A stretch of DNA of 45,579 nt from a virus (IMGVR_UViG_3300023222_000125:1-45579); one strand, 5' to 3'; counted from the first letter of the stretch, positions 1 to 8,732 are shown. The notes: generated by a model not told the origin, from the sequence alone. A program made the numbers and translations.

Positions 1-59
1 ACATTACTTTTCTCCCGGCATTTTGGACGATACGGTGTAGATATCGTCAGTTTGTGTAT
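1..59. repeat. Terminal direct repeat, copy 1 (circular assembly overlap)
   Basis: Identical to 45521-45579. Confidence 0.97.
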
Positions 60-1383
60 TAACAATGGGAGATACGCCAAAGGCATGGCCACAACTAGCC
101 GCCATCTCTTTTAGTTTCTCCAGTCCAAGCACCTTGGCGCTCTTAGCATCTAAGCCGGGGTAGTTTCCACTATTGGCTACAATGTCCGCATACTTGCCAA
201 GCTCTGCATCACCTTGTGCGTTTAGATTCATTTCAAGACTCGTTAACCGATCAGACAACATCTTTAACTCGTTCAAAGTGTTTGCAACAATAGACGCACC
301 ACCAAGTTCTTTAACTAAAGCATTTTGTGCTTCGTCACCATCTTTATCACCGTCTTTATCATCACCAGGCTCTTGATTAACTTTTAACTGCAATTCGTTG
401 TACTTCTCGAAAAGCTGATCATCATCGAGACCATCGATCTCGATTTCAGCTTTCTTTAAAGCGTTGATAATCAACTCTTTCATGATCTCACCTTCATTTG
501 TATTTACCTTTGGTTCAAAACTGACAACCCTATCCACTGGGACAGGAATGCCGACTATCGTTACAATGTCGTTATCATCAATACGATACGGCACCGTAAA
601 CAATCCTTTCTCGGCGTGGAAGATAACTTCCTCGTCGAATAATTCTTCTATAAAACTTACGTCTAGCCCAATATTTTCTAATGCGTCTGATACCTTACGC
701 TGGCGCTCATCCATCGACAAATCATGTTCGCCATTATTCTTAATGGCCTCTAATATATGGGTTTGCACTTCGTACTCAACATCTTTGTTAACTGCCATAC
801 CGACGCCTTGGTTTGGTGTGGCGGCCGCTACGGAATCTAATAATATTGCATCATGGTCAAACAACATGTTATGCGCTACCCAGTCATACTCTTGACCTTG
901 CGCGTTGGTTTTGACTTCGCCAAGTACTTCTATGTTCTTTATAAAAAGACCTGTGGAAGTATGGATAGGGCGAGGGCTTTCATTTGTTTCTAACTCATTA
1001 ATGCGATCAAGCAATCGCTTGCCCCGTTCTGTTTTCAACGCCTCTTGGACATTAATCACTTTGTCAATCTGGACACGATTACCGACTTTTTTAACGTTGG
1101 TGTTGAACGCACCGGCATGGAAATTGTGGATGGCGATAGGATCCTTAGCAGGGATAAAATTACCCTCAACATCTTTTGGATGTTCGATAGGGGCTAAAGT
1201 GCGCTCTAAGGTATGAAAGGATTTATCGATTTCGGATGCGGGGTATAGGCCCCCGTTCATCACAATGTCGCCGGGCAAAGTCATGGATGTAATGACAATG
1301 TGCTCTATGCCGTCGATAGTTTCCCGACGCACAGCATCACGGTTAACCACCGTGGCACATTGAATCATGATCTTTTTTGCCAT
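4..1383 (-). CDS. Prohead protease/scaffold (DUF2213-like)
   Basis: PIHTSTGL and FDHDAILL..AA.P.QG motifs with an acidic helical C-terminal half. Lies just upstream of decoration/MCP across the junction. ATG at 1383 follows GGTGAGG RBS (track start 1395). Confidence 0.8.
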   Translation of the reverse strand: MAKKIMIQCATVVNRDAVRRETIDGIEHIVITSMTLPGDIVMNGGLYPASEIDKSFHTLERTLAPIEHPKDVEGNFIPAKDPIAIHNFHAGAFNTNVKKVGNRVQIDKVINVQEALKTERGKRLLDRINELETNESPRPIHTSTGLFIKNIEVLGEVKTNAQGQEYDWVAHNMLFDHDAILLDSVAAATPNQGVGMAVNKDVEYEVQTHILEAIKNNGEHDLSMDERQRKVSDALENIGLDVSFIEELFDEEVIFHAEKGLFTVPYRIDDNDIVTIVGIPVPVDRVVSFEPKVNTNEGEIMKELIINALKKAEIEIDGLDDDQLFEKYNELQLKVNQEPGDDKDGDKDGDEAQNALVKELGGASIVANTLNELKMLSDRLTSLEMNLNAQGDAELGKYADIVANSGNYPGLDAKSAKVLGLEKLKEMAASCGHAFGVSPIVNTQTDDIYTVSSKMPGEK

Positions 1384-1463
1384 GTATTTCCTCACCTTTT
1401 ACCAGAGTTTAACAACTTTCTTAGAAATTACAACTACTCTGTTAAAAAATACAAGTGTTTCTT

Positions 1464-1610
1464 CTATTCTTCGACCTCTTTTACCTCAACATCTAAATTA
1501 ACTTGCTCTTTGACGGCATCTCCGTTGATTACAGCAACAATGTCTGCAATGTCGTAATTGGTCGCGTTTATCCGACCTGCTAGTTCTGGTCTAATTTCAT
1601 ACTCACTCAT
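1464..1610 (-). CDS. 48-aa acidic protein, candidate immunity/partner of MuF-ART (not in ORF track)
   Basis: MSEYEIRPELAGRINATNYDIADIVAVINGDAVKEQVNLDVEVKEVEE. Start overlaps the MuF stop (ATGAGTGA). Confidence 0.6.
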   Translation of the reverse strand: MSEYEIRPELAGRINATNYDIADIVAVINGDAVKEQVNLDVEVKEVEE

Positions 1611-3351
1611 TGTAGTCCACCTCTAAAACCTTACCTGTGACTTTACCGTCATTATTTTTCAACAACTTCACCCCTGTCACCCTATATTTTCCTCCAGAGC
1701 CAAGTAACATTTCTCTTTCTGCCGTGTTACCAATTGATAGAGACTCCATATTCAAAGCGTGCTGGCCTTTGACTGTCTTTATTTTCAAGACAACGCTCTG
1801 GCCCGGGTTAGCACTATGAAACCCTTTCTTTGGCGACCCTATCAACCCACTCCATCCAGTTGCTGAACCCGCATTGCTAGCAGTTGATTGTGGTGTCAAG
1901 ATTGGGAGATCCTTTCCTATTAACTTCTCTGCATTGTCGAATATATCCTTATCCTTAATTCCTCTATACAAGACCCCATCGTCTGTTATAGTACTTTTCT
2001 TAACCGCTGAGTTTATTGAGTTACGCATTTTCTTTGCGCTCTCAACCTCTCCTTTTGAAAATGCTGATGGATTCCGCAATATCTGGTTATTCTCATAAAA
2101 CCCTTGCCCCTTGTAGTATTCTACATAAGCCGACTGATCACCTGTCAGAGTAACCTTATCAGGGACAGTAGGTGGTTTTTCTGTGGAAGTCAGTTTCTTG
2201 TCTTCTGTAACAACCGGCTTCTTAGGTTGTGAAACCTTTGATACGTTAGCTGTTGGTTTGGGCTTAGCTGTCTTAATTCTATCGATGCTAACAGTCGATT
2301 CTAATTCGGGTTTTCTCTTAACTGGCGCTTTCTTAATAGGTTTTTTCTTAATAGGTTTTTTCTTAATAGGTTTTTTCTTAATAGGTTTTTTCTTCTTCTT
2401 AACTGGCGCTTCTTTTGGAGCACCATCAAAAAATGACCTTTCAGCCTTGATCTCTTCTTGTGTCTCTGATTGCACAACTTTGCCCTGCCGATCAATCAAG
2501 ACAGACGTTGTGGAACATTTACAACTTATTCGATTCGTCCCGCTATCCCACCACTGGTTTTGGTCTGCCGTGGTGTAAGCGTTACCATGTCTCGCTGCAT
2601 GTCCTCGTCGAGTTGTCGATGACAATGCCGAAATATGGATAACCCCGGCCCGTAACCCCGTCCGCTCTGCCATGATATCCACTGCATTCATTTTAGAATC
2701 GTTGTAAGCCTTGTTTATCTCTGTCTCAGCGATTCGCTTTGCACTGGATTCTGCAACGTCGAAACGTTCGCTAATATCCTTGGCGATCTGAGTAGGCGTC
2801 ATGCCCGATGCAACGCCAGCGTTCATTTGCTGTATCACTTGAGCTGCCGTCTTCTCACTCAGTGTTTTAATGCTATTGAAATTAGAAACGAAGACAGATT
2901 GTAAGGCTTGTCGATATTGGCGAGAGGTTAAAACTTGTTCTGGTGTCACCTCTGTCACAAAGGGGTCTGTAACCAACCCAACAATGATGCCAGCCGCGAT
3001 AAGTTGGTTTGTCCGGTTAGTTTCTTCTAACGTACCTTGGCGGTACGGTGGTTCGATATTATCTTGCCAATACCAATCGGGAGGCATGACATTCTGAGAC
3101 TCTAAAAGTTCGTCGTTAAGCACCACTCTGATTTGCTCGTTTAAAACTTCTTGCTCGCGTGAGTTTAAATCATATCTATAGACAGGCGTTACTGCATTAA
3201 CGATCCGAGTTTGCTGTGTACGCTCTCGTGGAATATCACGGAATAACTTTTTTATCTGCCGCTCAGCATTACGCAAACGACGAGTAAGCGTTCGTGTTCC
3301 TCGATTACGTCGCCTGGCCTGACCAGTAGGGTCTGTTTTAGTCTTAGCCAT
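1603..3351 (-). CDS. Head morphogenesis protein (MuF/SPP1 gp7-like) fused to C-terminal ADP-ribosyltransferase
   Basis: MuF motifs RIAETE..A, TTR..HA.RHG, NRISCKC. Lys-rich linker. ART motifs LYRG, QSTA, VVLKI, EREMLL. Confidence 0.85.
   Translation of the reverse strand: MAKTKTDPTGQARRRNRGTRTLTRRLRNAERQIKKLFRDIPRERTQQTRIVNAVTPVYRYDLNSREQEVLNEQIRVVLNDELLESQNVMPPDWYWQDNIEPPYRQGTLEETNRTNQLIAAGIIVGLVTDPFVTEVTPEQVLTSRQYRQALQSVFVSNFNSIKTLSEKTAAQVIQQMNAGVASGMTPTQIAKDISERFDVAESSAKRIAETEINKAYNDSKMNAVDIMAERTGLRAGVIHISALSSTTRRGHAARHGNAYTTADQNQWWDSGTNRISCKCSTTSVLIDRQGKVVQSETQEEIKAERSFFDGAPKEAPVKKKKKPIKKKPIKKKPIKKKPIKKAPVKRKPELESTVSIDRIKTAKPKPTANVSKVSQPKKPVVTEDKKLTSTEKPPTVPDKVTLTGDQSAYVEYYKGQGFYENNQILRNPSAFSKGEVESAKKMRNSINSAVKKSTITDDGVLYRGIKDKDIFDNAEKLIGKDLPILTPQSTASNAGSATGWSGLIGSPKKGFHSANPGQSVVLKIKTVKGQHALNMESLSIGNTAEREMLLGSGGKYRVTGVKLLKNNDGKVTGKVLEVDYNE
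2331..2394. repeat. 15-bp tandem repeat x4 encoding KKKPI
   Basis: (tcttaataggttttt)4, flanked by direct repeat cttaactggcgctt at 2317-2330 and 2398-2411. Confidence 0.95.
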
Positions 3352-3515
3352 TACCCAAGATCAATTAAAACTGTAAAATCATTTTCTTCTCTCTGCTTCT
3401 TCGTAGGGGGGACAACGCCTAAAATCTCCTTTGTGCACTCCTCCCAATAAGCAGCGCCTATATTCGCATCGTCATCATAAGGCTCTAATAACTTAATCAA
3501 ATCTCGTTTAGTCAT
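3351..3515 (-). CDS. Hypothetical protein
   Basis: MTKRDLIKLL. AAGGAG RBS. Stop overlaps MuF start (TAATG). Confidence 0.7.
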   Translation of the reverse strand: MTKRDLIKLLEPYDDDANIGAAYWEECTKEILGVVPPTKKQREENDFTVLIDLG

Positions 3516-3517
3516 AA

Positions 3518-3697
3518 CTACTCCTTCATCCAACTCTTAAAGTCGTCGTCTGATTTAAAATGCTCATCTGGAGCCGCCGCGTATTTAGCAGCCCCCTTTA
3601 CCATACTGTCAATGTACTTACGATCCTCTTCGCCAAAGTCTACACAAATCGGCGTCTCCTGAGCGTTGTACCAAGTCTCGTTTACCTTAACCCTCAT
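3518..3697 (-). CDS. Hypothetical protein, 59 aa (not in track)
   Basis: MRVKVNETWYNAQETPICVDFG...SWMKE. ATGA overlap with upstream ORF. Confidence 0.65.
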   Translation of the reverse strand: MRVKVNETWYNAQETPICVDFGEEDRKYIDSMVKGAAKYAAAPDEHFKSDDDFKSWMKE

Positions 3698-3882
3698 CTC
3701 CCGTTGCCCTCATCTAAAGGTTTGACACTGCCGTAACCAAAAAAAGAGCCAATACCATATTTACTTTTAAATAATGCTTCTACAAATCTAAGCTTTCCAC
3801 CATCACCTGCATTCTTAAACGTATCGGAGTCCATAACCTTTCTCAGATTGCGATCAAACTCTGCTATCCCGTAAAAACTCAT
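3694..3882 (-). CDS. Hypothetical protein
   Basis: MSFYGIAEFDRNL. Overlaps portal end and packs tightly with next ORF. Confidence 0.55.
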   Translation of the reverse strand: MSFYGIAEFDRNLRKVMDSDTFKNAGDGGKLRFVEALFKSKYGIGSFFGYGSVKPLDEGNGR

Positions 3883-5350
3883 CTTCGTTATCCTCATCGT
3901 CTAAATGATCACTGCCTAAGTCCTCTTCTGGCTCAGGATCAAACCCTCCCGCTTCTCGAATCTCTTCACTGCTAAATACTGGCTCACCACCTGATCTAAA
4001 TTGCTTCTCATTAATTTCAGACATCGTGCTGGCGTTGCCTAATTTCTCATCTTCAGAGCGAGCCAGTAAGTCATCCCACACTACCTCGTACTCAGACGCC
4101 GGTAAGATGCCGAATCGAATCAACCAATCGATATTGTCGCGTACCACCTCTGTCAAGAAGTTTTCACGGCGAGATTGTGTCACCGATAAGAAGTTTTTTG
4201 AATCCTCAGAACTCGCAAGCCGCCCGGTTTGTTGGCCTATCAATAATGTACCTGGAATCTTAGACGCGGCGGCCACATCATTCAGTGCGTTCATAAAATG
4301 TTCCTTTGGATTTGCTAATGAGGACTCTAATACCGTTGCTCCCATTCCCGGCGTCCACATCGATTTTCGCATACGATCCCGTGCAAACTCATCATAATTC
4401 TCATTGAACTTAGCTAACAACTCTTCGTTCTGCGTGGCACTCGCCCCATCTTTCAAATCAAAGACAATCGATTGTGCCGCGTTCTTATAAAACCCCTCAC
4501 CACCGGCCCCGATGATCTTTCTTAAATCCATTAAGGAGTTAAATGGAGCTTCTAACGATGAGATGCCGTAAATCCAACCATTGTCCGCACCCTCTGCCGC
4601 AATCACGATACGCGATGCATGTATGTTGATAACGCTTGTTGCATCCGGGTTACGGCTCCCAACGATGCCGCTTGAGAACTGATACATGATAGGCTGGCCA
4701 AATGTTTCCGACATTGCGTTGGTATCCGACTCGATAACGTCAAGCTGGCTCTCATAGAGCGGCATGGTCTCAACAAGCGAGCTGAGACCGTTTAAACCCC
4801 CTCGCTCAATAGGCATGTCTGGTGTTAAATTATCCTTAACCCGCATGAACATGCCTGCATAGCGGCCCACACGTTGGCGAACATCGAGACCCTTCATCCG
4901 CACCCAAAACTTAACTTGTTTAACCAGCGCCTCGAACTCTTTGTTGAATTGATCACTGCCGTTAATAGTTGGCGGTGTCATCCAACTGACATCAGGCGGC
5001 AACTCCACAATGTTTTTAGCAATACCGAAACGCCTATACATGTTCCACTGATTAAAGAAATCGACCTTAGCAGGGTAGCCATAATCTAAGTAGATATTGT
5101 GCAACGTATCCCCAAAATCATAACCGCCTGATAGGAGAGACGCCATTCGACTACGTATATTGTCATTCTGTGAATGGTTGTTTGTTTCTAGCTTCAACTC
5201 TTTAAAAACAAGTGCTGCAACTGCGTTATAATCAATCTCCGTATTGGCCTTAGCCCTAGTCCTAGCTGTTGTCGTTCGTGGCTTGGTCACTATAACTTTA
5301 TTAGTCCTCACTTTAGCCGTTCTCGTCTTTTTGCTTTGTGTCTTGGCCAT
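3854..5350 (-). CDS. Portal protein (DUF1073-like)
   Basis: Follows TerL. IHASRI, IPGTLLIGQQTG.LAS.ED, WDDL motifs. Confidence 0.88.
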   Translation of the reverse strand: MAKTQSKKTRTAKVRTNKVIVTKPRTTTARTRAKANTEIDYNAVAALVFKELKLETNNHSQNDNIRSRMASLLSGGYDFGDTLHNIYLDYGYPAKVDFFNQWNMYRRFGIAKNIVELPPDVSWMTPPTINGSDQFNKEFEALVKQVKFWVRMKGLDVRQRVGRYAGMFMRVKDNLTPDMPIERGGLNGLSSLVETMPLYESQLDVIESDTNAMSETFGQPIMYQFSSGIVGSRNPDATSVINIHASRIVIAAEGADNGWIYGISSLEAPFNSLMDLRKIIGAGGEGFYKNAAQSIVFDLKDGASATQNEELLAKFNENYDEFARDRMRKSMWTPGMGATVLESSLANPKEHFMNALNDVAAASKIPGTLLIGQQTGRLASSEDSKNFLSVTQSRRENFLTEVVRDNIDWLIRFGILPASEYEVVWDDLLARSEDEKLGNASTMSEINEKQFRSGGEPVFSSEEIREAGGFDPEPEEDLGSDHLDDEDNEDEFLRDSRV

Positions 5351-5351
5351 T

Positions 5352-6608
5352 CTATTCTCCCATTGCCATTTTTAATAACTCTGCAAAGTTGGATTGTACA
5401 CCCGATAACTCTGTTATTGCGTACACCGCTGCGTCTATTCTATTCGGTGACAGTGTCGTTGTCATCGGCACCCACTCCATCATTTCAGATTCTAAATCAT
5501 CCAAGCCGGTTGCGTGTGAAACCCTGCCCTGTTCATACAACGCCACCACCGGCTCAGCACGTAACGCTTTGCCTTTCTTTGCGTGGATCTTGATAAACCG
5601 GCCTTCAAACTTATTCAGCCTTAATACATTTTCTACCAAGTCGCCGCCATTGTTCACCTCAGCCACGACAACATCAGCATTGTGTTTGTTATATGCGTTT
5701 ATCGCAATCGTCGCCCACGTCTGCGTTGTGGCTTTGCAGGTGTAGTCTGCGTCCACTTGGTATTCTTGACCTAGCTCACTGGCAACAACGATCCCCGTTT
5801 CATCCGAGTCCGGGTTGTTCGTCACGGCGGGGTCAATCGCAACAACAGTGCGTGTGGCGTGTTCAAACACTTTAGCCTGTGCCGCAATGATTAACTCGTA
5901 ATCCCAAAGCGCCCCCTCCATGTCCAGCGTGAACTTACCTGATAAAAACCTATCACGTTGTTTTTTAGGTAGCTTTGCTAATCGTTCAACATACCCTTTT
6001 GGTAAGTTAGCAAAGTTATCGTTTGGGTTCATTACGAGATAAGGTATTTTCTCATCGAGCAGTGTGAGATCAGACGGGTTGCGCCCCTCAACAAAATAAA
6101 TAAACGTCCAGTGTTTTTTAGAAGGGGGGTTGAAATCATACCACATGCGAAGTGCTAGACCGCTATTTTCGGCAAGCCGTGTTATCAACATCAACACCGC
6201 ATCGTAGCTAACCTGAGAGCATTCATTAATATAAATCGTGCTGTACTCATTGCCTAACACTTTTTCAATTCGCTCTTTGTCGTCCGTGCCACCAAACCAA
6301 ATTTCCGATCCGTTGGGTAACGTAATAAACCAATCCGATTTATTATAATCAACCCTTAAATTCGGAAAACAAATCTCTAAGACCTTGGGGAGAGTGTCGT
6401 ACCAGATAGACGTTTTAACGTGGTTGAAGTGTTTGCGAACAATGAGATGTCGAGACTTAAGTTTTGCTGCACGGATAAGGATACAACGAAGAATAATAAA
6501 TGTTTTGCCGCTACGACTCCCTCCGTATAACGCCGCCTCAGTAGCAGAGGAAAGTATCTTAACCGCTTGACGCTGCTTGTCTGTGCGGCTAAAGGGTAGA
6601 CTCGTCAT
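5352..6608 (-). CDS. terL: Terminase large subunit
   Basis: Walker A GGSRSGKT, Walker B IYINE, FNP motif, nuclease AIDPA and NRIDA. Confidence 0.95.
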   Translation of the reverse strand: MTSLPFSRTDKQRQAVKILSSATEAALYGGSRSGKTFIILRCILIRAAKLKSRHLIVRKHFNHVKTSIWYDTLPKVLEICFPNLRVDYNKSDWFITLPNGSEIWFGGTDDKERIEKVLGNEYSTIYINECSQVSYDAVLMLITRLAENSGLALRMWYDFNPPSKKHWTFIYFVEGRNPSDLTLLDEKIPYLVMNPNDNFANLPKGYVERLAKLPKKQRDRFLSGKFTLDMEGALWDYELIIAAQAKVFEHATRTVVAIDPAVTNNPDSDETGIVVASELGQEYQVDADYTCKATTQTWATIAINAYNKHNADVVVAEVNNGGDLVENVLRLNKFEGRFIKIHAKKGKALRAEPVVALYEQGRVSHATGLDDLESEMMEWVPMTTTLSPNRIDAAVYAITELSGVQSNFAELLKMAMGE

Positions 6609-7152
6609 CCGCTATCGTGATCCCTATTGAACCTGAGTGTTCTATCTTATCCTTGAATGCCTGTACATCAATATGCTTGCCGATCAACTCTAAGCGTTTG
6701 ACACGATCGGATATTTTTATTTTAATAACATAACCTTCAGGTACCTTCTTACCCGCTTCATACGTGTATTGTTGCTCTGTCTCAAACCCGGCTACTAACC
6801 CCTTACGCCAAATCTCAGGCCATTGGTGAATCGGTTTAATGCCGCCGCCCTCATTATACAAATCCGCTACGTCGGCTTCTGCTTCTTGTGCCAATCTTTT
6901 TAACAACCAATCCGCGTCAATCTTAGTACGCTCACTGCGTTCTTTTTTTGCTTTGTAGACGGCGTCCCAAACATGTAATTTATGGCTGGGGCACTTGACC
7001 CTACTTTTACCAACCCATAAAGGACATTTCTTATTTGCTGTTGTCTTTGCGTAACCAGCGCGTTCACCTGCTCTCGTTGCATTCATGTCTTTTAGATATT
7101 CGTCTCTAAATCTTTTTTCTTTTCCGCTGAGTTTTTTCTTAGCCGCTGGCAT
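6589..7152 (-). CDS. terS: Terminase small subunit
   Basis: F..EYL.D.NATRA..RAGYA motif and LELIGKH. Directly upstream of TerL. Confidence 0.92.
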   Translation of the reverse strand: MPAAKKKLSGKEKRFRDEYLKDMNATRAGERAGYAKTTANKKCPLWVGKSRVKCPSHKLHVWDAVYKAKKERSERTKIDADWLLKRLAQEAEADVADLYNEGGGIKPIHQWPEIWRKGLVAGFETEQQYTYEAGKKVPEGYVIKIKISDRVKRLELIGKHIDVQAFKDKIEHSGSIGITIADDESTL

Positions 7153-7229
7153 GTCACACCGTCATCATTATTTACTTGCCTTCATTCTATGCCAAAAGCC
7201 TCCTAAACGCCACCAAAAGGGTGGAATAA

Positions 7230-7482
7230 CCTGTTATAAGTTGTTATGCGTGTTTCATTTAAGTCAAAACTGAATTTTTATTTAAAGAACAAAGACTTAC
7301 AACATTGTTTTAGGTGTTTTACTTATTTTTAATAAAGTATATATATATATTAAGGTATATCATAATATTTCCCTAGTAAAGTCTTTGTGTGCAGATCCGA
7401 GCAAACCTATAACACATTGAGATTGGGAATTCTGCTAGTAATATCAATGCGTTACGCCTATTTAAAAAGTTATGTGTTATAG
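7230..7482. other. AT-rich intergenic region with inverted repeats, candidate replication origin/divergent control region
   Basis: (AT)n core near 7338-7350. IRs 7289-7300/7376-7388, 7410-7424/7440-7454, 7407-7417/7472-7482. Confidence 0.5.
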
Positions 7483-7681
7483 CTACCCTTCCTTTTTCCG
7501 CCAAAAACCCTTCACTAAACCTCAAAAAACGAGAGGTTTGTAAATGAAATTCGATGTGCTATAGTTAATTCGTGGCTTAGTTCTGATTCGTTTTTATGAC
7601 AGTTCATCTCAGATCCCCCGGCGTTCCCCCCAGAACTAAGCCCTCTGAAAAAACGCTGGATGAGATGGGCTGTCTCCTTAA

Positions 7682-7690
7682 TGTGATAAT
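7682..7690 (+). promoter_or_regulatory. Extended -10 element, possible leaderless promoter
   Basis: TGtGATAAT 5 nt before ATG 7696, with no Shine-Dalgarno. Confidence 0.35.
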
Positions 7691-7695
7691 CGGCT

Positions 7696-8088
7696 ATGAA
7701 TATCAAACGAAAACCTTATTTTATTAATTTAGATCCGACTTTGATTAAAGCACTAGACGTGCATATTATAAAAGAAAAGAAGCGTGTCTTTAATGGGGAA
7801 GGGCACTACGGCTATGCGATACGATGCTGGAGTCGGTGGGCTTTTATCGAACGTGCGATTAAAGATTTTAATTGTGCTGACTTTAACAATGCGGAAACGC
7901 CAAAAGTGACACGACGCCCCTACACCATCAGACTTGATCCAAACTTGGTTGCCGCATTAGATCTAATAATTTTAGAAGAAAAGAAACGTGTCTTTGAGGA
8001 AATGGGGAACTACGCATACGTGATGTTAAAGGATTGGCATCGAAATCTTTTTATCGAACGTGCCATTAAACAATTAATAGAGGGCTAG
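7696..8088 (+). CDS. Putative tandem ribbon-helix-helix-like DNA-binding regulator
   Basis: Two internal repeats R.PY.I.LDP.L..ALD..I..EKKRVF...W.R..FIERAIK. Confidence 0.6.
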   Translation: MNIKRKPYFINLDPTLIKALDVHIIKEKKRVFNGEGHYGYAIRCWSRWAFIERAIKDFNCADFNNAETPKVTRRPYTIRLDPNLVAALDLIILEEKKRVFEEMGNYAYVMLKDWHRNLFIERAIKQLIEG

Positions 8089-8091
8089 ATA

Positions 8092-8448
8092 ATGAGTAAG
8101 CCAACAAGAGAAGATGTTATAAGAACACTACAGGGTTTAGGCGAGGATTTCGAGTGGGCTGATTTAAACGTGCCGATTGAATGGTTAGAGGCCGTGTGCA
8201 AGCAGGCAGCCGACAGGCTAGAAGAGCAGCAAGCGTTGATAGACTTAGCGTTACAGTATATTGATAACGAGTGTACGACGTGCGATGGTCTCGCTAGTGT
8301 CACTATAGAGGATCCAGGAAACATGTCTCTTCACAGATTAAGATGCAAAGCATGTAGTGGTACAGGATTTAAGTCTATTAAGTTAGCGGCACTTATTAAA
8401 AAGTATAAGTGGGTTAAAAGATGGGCAGATGAGGACAATAAGGCATAG
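8092..8448 (+). CDS. Hypothetical protein with CxxCxG repeats (Zn finger)
   Basis: CTTCDG and CKACSGTG. GAGGG RBS. Confidence 0.7.
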   Translation: MSKPTREDVIRTLQGLGEDFEWADLNVPIEWLEAVCKQAADRLEEQQALIDLALQYIDNECTTCDGLASVTIEDPGNMSLHRLRCKACSGTGFKSIKLAALIKKYKWVKRWADEDNKA

Positions 8449-8537
8449 CTAACTTTATGAGAGGTTAGTCCTTTGAATTCCTAGCCCAGTGGGATGATGC
8501 CGAATAAACTGGGCAACTTTAAAAGGAGTGGTGAGGA

Positions 8538-8732
8538 ATGACTATACAAGCAGGGGACAAAGTTTGGCTCGTTGTAGAAGAGGAAGAGATCGAGGGCAAG
8601 CTCCAGATTGATAGGTACATTGGTATTTTTTCAACTGAAGAAAAGGCACTTGCGTGTATCGCATCTAAACACCAGACTTTGTGGGATGACTCAGAGGACT
8701 ACAGAATTGATGAGTGTACTGTAGATGAATAA
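8538..8732 (+). CDS. Hypothetical protein
   Basis: GIFSTEEKA motif common in small phage proteins. GAGG RBS. Confidence 0.7.
   Translation: MTIQAGDKVWLVVEEEEIEGKLQIDRYIGIFSTEEKALACIASKHQTLWDDSEDYRIDECTVDE

Noticed and set aside
1-59. Biological terminal repeat or att site
   Set aside because: It falls within coding sequence and has the length of an assembler k-mer overlap
2183-2578. Plus-strand ORF with (LIGFF) repeats resembling a membrane protein
   Set aside because: It is the antisense reading of the KKKPI repeat
7085-7706. Short ORFs 7085-7273 (+) and 7515-7706 (-)
   Set aside because: They overlap real genes on the opposite strand, with no RBS or motifs
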